The position numbers and the translations under genes were made by a program. Shown piece after piece: positions 39,483 to 48,600 of a DNA stretch of 64,000 bases; position 1 is the first letter of the stretch, and the number at the start of each line of letters is the position of its first letter. The DNA is from Candidatus Krumholzibacteriia bacterium. GTDB lineage: Bacteria > Krumholzibacteriota > Krumholzibacteriia > LZORAL124-64-63. The notes below the pieces were generated by a model. The model saw nothing but the letters and a program-made list of their open reading frames with translations. It was not told the origin of the DNA and did not search any database. The stretch lies in NCBI GenBank assembly GCA_046484865.1, contig JAWOID010000071.1:32001-96000 (forward strand), given 5' to 3'.

Positions 39483-40063
39483 GGATTCTCCCGCGGCGGA
39501 CCGGACGGACGGGGCGATCGGCGAAGATTCCCCACCAAGAACGTCCGCATGCCGGCGGGATGCAAGCTCGACGCGCGAGGATCGGCGCCTGCCGCGGTCT
39601 CGTCGCTCGCCAGAGGCAGTTCGACCAGCTGGACAGCGACGCGACCGGCGACCACCTCCAGGAGTGCGACCGTCGCCGGCAGCCGGAACCGGCGCGGTCC
39701 CGCGCTGCCGGGGTTCAGGTGAACGACTCCGTCGGCCTGCTCCAGGTGTGGCCGGTGCGAGTGGCCGGTGACGACCATGTCCACCCGATCGCCGTTCAGC
39801 GACACCTCCTCGCGGATGTGCCGCAGGTGGATGCGGACGCCGCCCACATCCTCCGTCACCCACTCGGGCAGGCGCCAGGCCCAGGCGCCCTCGTCCACGT
39901 TGCCGCGCACGGCCGTCACCGGCGCGATGCGCCCCAGGTGGGCGAGGATCTCGGGCCGCCCGATGTCGCCGGCGTGCAGGACCAGGTCGCTCCCGGCGAG
40001 GGCCGCCGCCGCTTCCGGACGCAGCAGCCCGTGCGTGTCCGAGATGATGCCGACGCGGGTCAT
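39479..40063 (-). CDS. YfcE/MJ0936-family metallophosphoesterase
   Basis: ISDTHG, HAGD, RGNVD, GHSH and NPGS. Confidence 0.9.
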   Translation of the reverse strand: MTRVGIISDTHGLLRPEAAAALAGSDLVLHAGDIGRPEILAHLGRIAPVTAVRGNVDEGAWAWRLPEWVTEDVGGVRIHLRHIREEVSLNGDRVDMVVTGHSHRPHLEQADGVVHLNPGSAGPRRFRLPATVALLEVVAGRVAVQLVELPLASDETAAGADPRASSLHPAGMRTFLVGNLRRSPRPSGPPRENP

Positions 40064-40084
40064 GACCGCCTCACGGTGGTGTCC

Positions 40085-40492
40085 TCACACGAGCAGGGCG
40101 TGCACGCTGTAGACGCCCGGCCCGAACGCCAGCAGGACCAGGGCCAGAGCCAGCAGCAGCAGATCGTACGACCAGTCGGGAAAGCCCTTCTCGGTCCTGG
40201 TGATCTTCCAGACGGTGCCCGTCGCCATGTGGACCGCCAGCCCCGCCGCCACCAGCCAGACCAGCAAGCCGACGATGACCGCAAGCCCGCCGAAGACCTC
40301 CAGGACCGCGATCAGGGTGCCCCACAGCATGCCCGGCCGGAACCCCATCTCCACGAAGCTCTCGGCGTTCTGGCGCAGATCGCGGATCTTGGGCAGCCCG
40401 AAGTAGATGAACGATATCCCGACGACGAGTCGGACCAGCAGCAGCACCACGTCGGCGGCATCGGCGAGAGGTGCGGTCGGCAAGAAAGGCAT
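40085..40492 (-). CDS. DoxX-family membrane protein
   Basis: RLVVG..F...G..K, EVFGG and GPGVYS. Confidence 0.88.
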   Translation of the reverse strand: MPFLPTAPLADAADVVLLLVRLVVGISFIYFGLPKIRDLRQNAESFVEMGFRPGMLWGTLIAVLEVFGGLAVIVGLLVWLVAAGLAVHMATGTVWKITRTEKGFPDWSYDLLLLALALVLLAFGPGVYSVHALLV

Positions 40493-40675
40493 GGCGGCCT
40501 CCGGCTGCAGCGTACGACGCGCGGCGAGCGACGGCGGGCAAGGACGACGAGGCACACGTTAGCCCCGCCGGGGCGGGTCGCATACCGGGCCTCCACCCAT
40601 CCGGGAGCCGTGGCGGCGTCGGCGTTCCGGCGGCCCGGTCCATGACGCGGCGGTTACGACCGGACCCCGAGGCGG

Positions 40676-43297
40676 TCACTTCACGAGCGTGAGCTTCAGT
40701 GCCCGATCGCCGCCTCCTGCGCGCAGCCGCGCCAGGTAGACGCCGCTGGCCGCGGGCAGGCCGTCGTCGCCACGACCGTCCCAGTGGGCGGTCTGCTCGC
40801 CGGCCGGACGATGCTCGCTCAGCAGCGTTCGGATGCGGCGGCCCAGAGCATCGTGGATCGCCAGTTCCACCGGCCCGGCCCTCGGGTTGTCGAAGCGCAG
40901 GGTCGTCCCCGGGTTGAACGGGTTGGGGAACGCGGCCAGGGCCGGCCGGCGCGCGGGCGTATCGTCCACGCCGGTGGTGTCGTCCAGCGTCGCCACGGAC
41001 ACGGTGAAATCGTCCACGTACATGCCGTCGCGCTGCACGCTGCCGTCGCTGCGCAGGAGGAAGCGGAAGCGCACGTCCGGCTGTCCCAGATACGATGCGA
41101 GGTCGACCGTGTTCAGCAACCAGTTCGACTGGCTGCCGTCGAACAGCGGCGTGCCGGCGGGCTGCTGCACGCCCTGGCCCGATCCGGCACGCGTGAACTC
41201 GGTGGCCACGTTGTCCCAGGTGACGCCGCCGTCGGTGGAGATCTGGAAGAAGGCGGCGTCCCACGACGACTCGATGCTCCATCTGGCCTGGAACGAGACC
41301 TCTGCGCCGATCGCCTCGCCGAGATCCACCGCGGTCGCACAGACGGTGGCGAGATCGGCCCCGGACGGGTAATTGCCGCCGGGACTGTCGGTGAGACTGT
41401 TGCCGCCGTCGTAGCCATCGGGCGGAGAGGCAAGGCCCCAGTCGCCGGACCAGACGCCGGTGTCCGCGTCGAAGTCGCTGACGATCGGGTAGGCGACGAC
41501 CATCGCCGCGAGCGCGAAGTCGGCGACCACGGACGCCGCGCCGATGGCGACCACCTGGCTGGCGGGCGCGTACCCGTCGCTGCGTGCGGTCAGCTCGTAC
41601 TCGCCATGAACCAGCGAGGCGGAGTAGCCGCCGCCGGGGCCGGTATCGATGGTGGCGACGAGATCGCCCATCGGATGGGTGCGCACCTCGACGGCGGCGG
41701 CCAGGCCGTTCCCCCGGAGATCGGCCACCACACCGCTGACATCGCCGTGGGCGGCCGGCTGCAACGCCACGTCCAGCACCGTGGGCGTGCCCCAGGCGGT
41801 GGTCACGCCATACTCGGTGTGGGTGACGTGCCCCTCGGCGCTGAACACGACGTCGTAGGTTCCCGTGTCCAGCAGCTTGTAGTAGTCGCCGTGGGCGGGA
41901 TCGGTGCTCACCGGCTGGTCGATGCCCACCACGGTGACGGTGGCCGCGAGCGGCAGCCCGCTGTCGGCTGCCGTGACGACGCCGTTCACCCCGTAGCGGG
42001 CCGCCGCGATGAAGTGCACCAGGCTCTCGCGATTGTCGTTCCAGAGGTCCTCCAGCAGCGAGGCGTCGGGCCACTTCGAGCCGTACAGTTCCACGGTGAG
42101 GTCGATGCAGCCGGTCTCGTGATACGACCAGTCCTGCAGGCTGCCCTCGACGACGTACCACTGGGCGCCGTTGGTGATCCCCTGATCGAACGGCCCGGTG
42201 TACATCGGCAGGTTGTACTGCGAGTACTCCAGCGCGAGCCGGACGATGGCCGCGTCGTCGGGCGTCAGCGCGTAGGTATGGTCCCAGGGGTAGTTCACCA
42301 CGATCGCACCGCCGTGGCCGTTCTGGCTGACGACGAAATGATGCGCGAGGCCGTGATCCTTCAGCGCGATCGTCTCGACTTCCTCGGTCCAGGTGCCGTC
42401 GTCGCCGATGCTGCCGTCGGGCACCGGAAAGTTGCGGTTCAGGTCGCGGCCGTTGGCATTGTAGCGCGAGTGCGCGACGTATCCGTCCGGATTGTGCAGC
42501 GGCAGCACGTGGATCTCGTGGTCGTCCACCAGCGCCGTGACGTCCTCGAAGCCGGGCTGACCGTGGTTGTCGGTGAGGTACTCCACCAGGTTCAGCAGCA
42601 TGACCATGCCGACGGGCTCGTCGCCGTGCATGGAGCTCGAGAGCCGGATCTCGGGCTCGGCCTCGTGCTGGTCGACGTGGTCCGAGATGACCGCGCCCCA
42701 CAGCTCGCGTCCCTCCACCGAGGTGCCCCAGGTGTAGGTCCGCACGAGGGTGGGATGGTCGGCGGCGGCGGCGGCGAGGATGGCGCCGATCTGCGTGTGC
42801 GTGGGGTAGTAGAAGATGTCGCCCTTGACGGGCAGGTCGACCTCCCCCGCCGCCTCGGCCGCCCACAACCGCTCGGTCTCCTCGCGCATGGCCCGCTCGA
42901 GGTCGGGAAGCGGCTGCGGTGCGTAGCCCGCGGCCTCGAGCGCCGCCCGTTCCAGCTCGGTGACCCGCGGGGTGAAGACCACCCGGTACCCCTTCGGCTC
43001 CCGCCGCACCAGCTGGATCTGTTCGCGGTGGAACGAGGCGATGGGCACCTGCTGCAGCAGCGCGTCCAGCGCCGCCTGGTCCGGCAGCTCGATCCGCACC
43101 GGCACGTCGTTCCACTGTCGCACCTGCCACCGGGGCAGACCATTGGCGTCGACGGGAATGGCGGGACCCTCGGCCCTGGAGGCACTGGATTCGCCGGCGT
43201 CGATGGAGGCGCTGGAGGCGATTGCAACATCGGTACCGACCGCGCCGGTGGCGATCAGCAGCATCGCCGCGAATCCGTGCGTCGTCGTCATCCTCAT
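40676..43297 (-). CDS. Secreted M14 zinc carboxypeptidase with accessory domains and FlgD-Ig C-terminal domain
   Basis: MHGDE, NPDG, RYNANGRDLNRNF, NGHGG and catalytic E in TVEL. Two transthyretin-like domains, a beta-sandwich domain and a PNPFNP C-terminal domain. Confidence 0.88.
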   Translation of the reverse strand: MRMTTTHGFAAMLLIATGAVGTDVAIASSASIDAGESSASRAEGPAIPVDANGLPRWQVRQWNDVPVRIELPDQAALDALLQQVPIASFHREQIQLVRREPKGYRVVFTPRVTELERAALEAAGYAPQPLPDLERAMREETERLWAAEAAGEVDLPVKGDIFYYPTHTQIGAILAAAAADHPTLVRTYTWGTSVEGRELWGAVISDHVDQHEAEPEIRLSSSMHGDEPVGMVMLLNLVEYLTDNHGQPGFEDVTALVDDHEIHVLPLHNPDGYVAHSRYNANGRDLNRNFPVPDGSIGDDGTWTEEVETIALKDHGLAHHFVVSQNGHGGAIVVNYPWDHTYALTPDDAAIVRLALEYSQYNLPMYTGPFDQGITNGAQWYVVEGSLQDWSYHETGCIDLTVELYGSKWPDASLLEDLWNDNRESLVHFIAAARYGVNGVVTAADSGLPLAATVTVVGIDQPVSTDPAHGDYYKLLDTGTYDVVFSAEGHVTHTEYGVTTAWGTPTVLDVALQPAAHGDVSGVVADLRGNGLAAAVEVRTHPMGDLVATIDTGPGGGYSASLVHGEYELTARSDGYAPASQVVAIGAASVVADFALAAMVVAYPIVSDFDADTGVWSGDWGLASPPDGYDGGNSLTDSPGGNYPSGADLATVCATAVDLGEAIGAEVSFQARWSIESSWDAAFFQISTDGGVTWDNVATEFTRAGSGQGVQQPAGTPLFDGSQSNWLLNTVDLASYLGQPDVRFRFLLRSDGSVQRDGMYVDDFTVSVATLDDTTGVDDTPARRPALAAFPNPFNPGTTLRFDNPRAGPVELAIHDALGRRIRTLLSEHRPAGEQTAHWDGRGDDGLPAASGVYLARLRAGGGDRALKLTLVK

Positions 43298-43440
43298 CGG
43301 TCGCGTCCCTTCGCGGCGGAGGTCACGGCATCGGCCGGCCGACGACCGGCGGCCGGGGCACGTCGCTGCCACGGCAGGTCCAATGATACCAGCCACGCGA
43401 ACGCGAGGGAAGGAGAGCGCAGTCGCGCGACGGCGGCCGG

Positions 43441-44904
43441 TCAGCCTTCGCGCAGCCGCTGCTCGAACCAGTGCCGTGTCGCGCTCCCGGCGCTTTCCTC
43501 GAGCAGTTGCAGCAGCGCGACCGTGGTCGAGACCCGCGCGTCGGCCACGCGGCGCAGGAAGGTCAGGTATTCGGCAGAGCCCAGCCGCGCCTCGAGGTCG
43601 GCCAGCAGGACCGGCCCCTTGCCGTAGAAGACCGTCTCCGCGTCCTCGCCGCTGCGCTCGTAGCCCCAGACGGGGGCCACGGACGCCGCGGCCTCGCGCT
43701 TGCGGTCGAGCCGGCGGCGGTAAGCCTCCTGCCCGTACAGTTCCCGCACCAGCAGCAGGGCCGTGTGCTCGGCGAAGCTCTCGTTGAGCCAGTCCTCCCA
43801 CGTCGTGGCTCCCGCGTTGCGCCACCACGTGTGCGCCAGTTCGTGGCCGAGATAGCGGACGTAACCCTCGCGGTTGCGCAGGTAGTCGGCGTCGACGAGC
43901 CCCGCCAGGAAGAGGGCCCCGGGCCGGGCATAGCCGCCCCCCCGTTCTCGACGCGACTCCACCAGCACCAGTCCGCCCGGCCGTGAGCCGAGCCAGCCGC
44001 TGCAGAGGCGGTGGAGCCGCGCGAGGTCCGTCAGCATCGTATCGACCGTGGCGGCTTGCAGGGCATGATGGACCACCGACACGGCGACGTCTTCGCCCGG
44101 CTCGCCCTCGCCGGCCATGCCGCCACAGGCCGGAACACGCACCTTCAGATCCGGCGCGGCCACCACCACGATGTCCGTGGTCGGCGCGACGGTGCGAAAC
44201 CGCCAGCCGGCGCCGTCGCGACCGCCCTGGCCGACGGCGAAAACGGTGACGTCGTCCGGCGCCTGGACGGTCAGGTCGTAGGTGAACGGGGTGCGGTCGG
44301 GGTGGAAGGGGAACCACGGGAAGTACAGGCCCATCTCCGTCCAGTCGGCGCCGAGCACGCTGGCGTTCCACTCCGGCCAGACGGTGATGGTGCCGACGCA
44401 GGCGAAGTCCACGGAGACCACCTGGCCAGGGGCGAGCGGCCGGGCGGGCGTGAAGACCACGCGGGTGGCCTCGGGCATGTAGCGGATCTCGCCGACCGTG
44501 GTGTCGCGCCGGCAGCTCCCGGCGACCGGCAGGGGATCCCCCGCCCGGGCCTCTCCGCCGATTTCCAGGCGAGTGACGGCGAGCTGGCGATGCAGGTAGA
44601 ACTCCACCCTGTCCAGGCCCGCGGGCGGTACGACCAGACACACGGCCCCGGTGGCGGTCACGTGCCGGGCGGCCGGGTTCACATCCAGGTGGATCTCGTA
44701 ATGGACATCGGCCACCGGCAGCGAGGTCGGCGCGGCCGGCGCCCGGACGCCGTCACCCGCCGCCGCGACCGGCGCGCTCCCGCCCGCGCCGGCCGCGGCC
44801 AGGCATGCGGTCGCCAGGCATGCGGTCGCCAGGCATGTCATCGTCAGCGCGGCGCCGCGACGACCCGCCGCCGGCCATTCAGGTGGAAGCATTCGCCCCT
44901 CCAT
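43441..44904 (-). CDS. Secreted M1-family (gluzincin) aminopeptidase
   Basis: HELAHTWW...WLNESFAE and YGKG. The start is uncertain. Confidence 0.82.
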   Translation of the reverse strand: MEGRMLPPEWPAAGRRGAALTMTCLATACLATACLAAAGAGGSAPVAAAGDGVRAPAAPTSLPVADVHYEIHLDVNPAARHVTATGAVCLVVPPAGLDRVEFYLHRQLAVTRLEIGGEARAGDPLPVAGSCRRDTTVGEIRYMPEATRVVFTPARPLAPGQVVSVDFACVGTITVWPEWNASVLGADWTEMGLYFPWFPFHPDRTPFTYDLTVQAPDDVTVFAVGQGGRDGAGWRFRTVAPTTDIVVVAAPDLKVRVPACGGMAGEGEPGEDVAVSVVHHALQAATVDTMLTDLARLHRLCSGWLGSRPGGLVLVESRRERGGGYARPGALFLAGLVDADYLRNREGYVRYLGHELAHTWWRNAGATTWEDWLNESFAEHTALLLVRELYGQEAYRRRLDRKREAAASVAPVWGYERSGEDAETVFYGKGPVLLADLEARLGSAEYLTFLRRVADARVSTTVALLQLLEESAGSATRHWFEQRLREG

Positions 44905-45048
44905 GCGCCATCCCTCCCTCTGCCCCTTGCCTCGGGGTCGCGACGTCGCGGTCAGGTGAAGCACCTACGCACGAGGGCCGACGGCGGTTGCGCCGAGGAG
45001 CTCCGCCGCGGGGCAGACGCCCGTGAAGGGCCCCCCATCAGCGGCGAT

Positions 45049-45546
45049 CTAGCCGAGTATGCCGGGATTGAGCTGCCAGATCGCGAAGTTCAGGGCCGCG
45101 GCGAAGGTCACCCACACCAGGTAGGGGACCAGCAACGCCCCGGCCAGCGGACGCAGGCGCCAGAAGGCGATCATCGTCAGCGAGATCAGAGTCCACAGCA
45201 GCAGGATGTCGGCGAAGGCCGCCGCGCCGAGTCGCCAGCCGAAGAAGAGCCAGCTCCACAGCGCGTTCACCGCGAGTTGCACCAGGAACAGGCCGAGTGG
45301 GGTTCGTGCGGCACGAAAGCCGTCGACACGCCAGACCAGCCAGGCCGCGACCCCCATGAGGGCGTACAGCACCGTCCAGACCGGGCCGAACACCGACGAC
45401 GGCGGCGCCCAATCCGGACGTGCGAGAAGCGAGTAGAACGATCCGGCCCCGGCAGTGGCGACGGCACCGATGGCCGCAGCGGCGAAGCTGACCAGAAGCC
45501 ACGCTGCGAGCCCGATGAACTGCGTGTGCCCGGCGATCCGGCTCAT
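45049..45546 (-). CDS. tspO: TspO/MBR tryptophan-rich sensory protein
   Basis: RPDWAPP..VFGPVWTVLY, NALWSWLFF and PYLVWVTFA. Confidence 0.93.
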   Translation of the reverse strand: MSRIAGHTQFIGLAAWLLVSFAAAAIGAVATAGAGSFYSLLARPDWAPPSSVFGPVWTVLYALMGVAAWLVWRVDGFRAARTPLGLFLVQLAVNALWSWLFFGWRLGAAAFADILLLWTLISLTMIAFWRLRPLAGALLVPYLVWVTFAAALNFAIWQLNPGILG

Positions 45547-45668
45547 CCTGAACCTCCTCGTCCGGAGTGCCGCGGTTCGGCCGGAGCCGGACCGACCGCC
45601 GGACGAGCGGCTCCGCCACCGTCGTGACGGAGCCGCTCCCACCGCCGGTCATGCACCGCGACGCCCGC

Positions 45669-48600
45669 TCACCTGACCAGCATCATCTTGGCGGTTCGCG
45701 TCTCGCCGCCCGCCTGCAGCCGGTACACATAGGTGCCGCTGGGGACCGCGCGCCCGGCGGCGTCGCAGCCCTGCCAGGTCACGGAATGATGGCCGGCGTC
45801 CAGCGACCCGTTCGCCAGGGTGGCCACCAGTCGGCCGCGCAGATCGAACACCTGCAGGTCCACCCGGCCGCGCACCGGCACGGCGAAGGTGATCGTCGTC
45901 GACGGATTGAACGGGTTGGGATGGTTGCCTTCCAGCATCACGGCCCGCGGCGCCCGATCCTCGATCCCCACCACCACCGCGTAGGTCAGACGCACGCACC
46001 ATTCGTTCAGTGCGCCGACGTCTCCGCCGGCTCCATCGGATACGGTGAGCGTCCAGTCACCCTGCATCTCCTCGCCGATCAGCAGGTCCAGATCGCCCGC
46101 CGGGGTCAAGGTCGCGGGGTACCAGCCGACCAGGTCGTCGGCGCTGCCGCCGGAGCGAGCGTGCAGGACCACGTCCGTGCCGCGGGCCGACGTCAGCGTG
46201 ACGGTGAGGTCGCCGATGTAAGTGTGGGTGATGTCCACCCAAACCTCGACGGCGGTGATGATGTGCGCATCGGGACAGCCGACCACGTCGATGAAGGTCT
46301 GGTGGTCGCCGATCGGTGCGCCGGGACTGCTGCACGCCTCCACGGTGGCCACCGGCGAGAGCTGCAGGTCCACCCCGGTCAGGTGCTCGCCATCAACCAG
46401 GGTCACGTCGGTCCGGGCCGTCGACCAGCCCGCCATCGAGGCCGTGATCGCATAGCTGCCGGCGAACAGTCCGTCCAGGGTATAGCTGCCGTCGGAGTCG
46501 GTGACGGTGGTGCCGCCTCCCGGCACGGCCGCCACGGTGATGCCGGCGTGGACCGACTGGCCGGCGAGCGTGACGGTGCCGGACACCGACGCGGTCCCGA
46601 GTTCATCGGCCAGCAGCCAGTGGACGGCGTTCTCCAGCAGTTCGATGCGCTGCGCGCCCGCGGCCAGGTAGTTGAAGGTGAAGTACACGATCTGCCCGCC
46701 ATCCGGCACGGGGTTCGGGTCGTAGCAGATGACGCTCGCTTCCGAGGGATAGTTGGACCAGGACGCGACCTGCACCGCGTCGGGCAGCGGCACCATGCCG
46801 TCGGAGTCGCCGTAGCCGGAGTACGCCAGCGAGATCTGTCCGCTCAGCACGTTGGGAACGTTCACCACGCGGTGATCGGTGACGTCGATGGTGACCTGCC
46901 CGCAACCGTCGTGGTTCCAGTCGTCGGTATGCATCACGTGGGCGGCGAAGTCGCCGGTCTGGTAGTGATTGTAGCCCAACTCGCCGCCCTCGAGCAGGAG
47001 GTGGCCCCCCGCCTGAGCGAAGGTCACCAGCGCCGATTTCAGCGCGGCGTTCCGGAGCGTCGCGGTATTCCCACCGCAGCTCAGGATGACCAGATCGTGA
47101 TCCCAGAAGACGGCCGGATCCACCGCCCCGGCGGCGACGACCGTCACGTAGTAGCCCATCGCCTCGAGATCCAGGCGCAGCTGGTCGGCGCTCTTGCCGG
47201 CGGACGGCAGATACTCCGGCGCGATCAGCTCACCGGTCTTCTCGTCGTACTTGGCCGGCACAGCCGTCGCGGCCGCCGCGCCACCGTCATCCACGATCAG
47301 CAGGTCGCCGGTGGTGGGCTCGAGGATGAAGTCCTTGATCACCGCCGGATCCTCCAGGGTCAGCGCGATCGTCACCGGCACGTGATGGGGAGCCCGGGCC
47401 TGCAACTGGTACGTGAAGTACGGCAACGGTCCGGTGACGTAATCGCCATTCGCGTCGCTCACCGCCTCGTCGTACAGCTCACCGGTGTCGCTGCGGTACA
47501 CGCGCACGGTTCCGACCAGGCCGGCGCTGGTCGCGCTGTCGGTGAGGCGACCGCTGAGGACGCCGCTGGGCGCCGGCACCAGCGCGATGTCCAGCGTGTT
47601 GGCGCCGCATCTCACGAAGTACGGCGCTTCGTGGTGCAGGTAGCCGAAGTGGTCCACCACCACGGTGTGATCGCCCACCAGCAGGTCGTCGGGCACCGTC
47701 CAGGCGCCCGACCCGTCGGTGGTGACGCTGAACGTCTCGCTCATGGCGGCGTCGAGGCCGGTGACCACCACTCCGGCCAGCGGCGCTCCTCCACTCGTCA
47801 CGGTTCCGCTCAGGGTGCCGTGGGCCTCGATGACGTCGAACGCCTCGCTGTACAGATCGTGACCGCCGACGGCGATGATGCCGGTCACCTGGCCCAGCTG
47901 CGCGGGCGTGAGGGTGAGCGCAGCCTCGGTGGTGGACAGCAGCGAGCCGTCGGGCAGACGCGCGTACAGCGTGTGGCCGGTCTCTCCGACCGAGGCCTGC
48001 AGGGTGCCCGGCAGGTCGAGCGCGAAGGCATCGCTCAGGCCGAAGTCCGTGCTCACCGCCAGATCCGGGCTGGTCAACGGCAGCGCCGTGACGGTCACCG
48101 GCTCCGTGAACAGACGGTAGGTCTCGGCGGGGTCCTGCCCCACGATGTCGAGGCTGGGACCGTAAGCGTAGTTGACGGTGATCACGGCCACGCCACCGGC
48201 ATCGGTCGTCACCGCCGCGGTCTGGTAATCGAGTCCCTCGGCCCACACCTCGATGCCCGGCTGCGGGTTCATACCCGTGGCGTCCAGGACCGTGACGGTG
48301 ATGTCGGTGGTCGTGTTCGCCGGGATCGTGGTGGGATCGATGAGCACCGTGGCCGGCACGATCACGTCGAGATCCGTCACGTAGGGCTCGCGGTTCTGCG
48401 CCATGACCACCAGGTGCAGGGGCACGCCGGGCGTGAGGGTGCGCAGGTAGGTGACGGCCACGCTCCCGGCGTCGTCCACCGTGCCTGCGCCCACCAGCTC
48501 GCCGCCCTGCGTGAGGCCGACATAGCTGCCGGCGGCCGCCCCGATCGCGATCTCCGTCTGGCCCGCGAGCACCGTGGCAGGATGCGTCACCGGGTTGGTC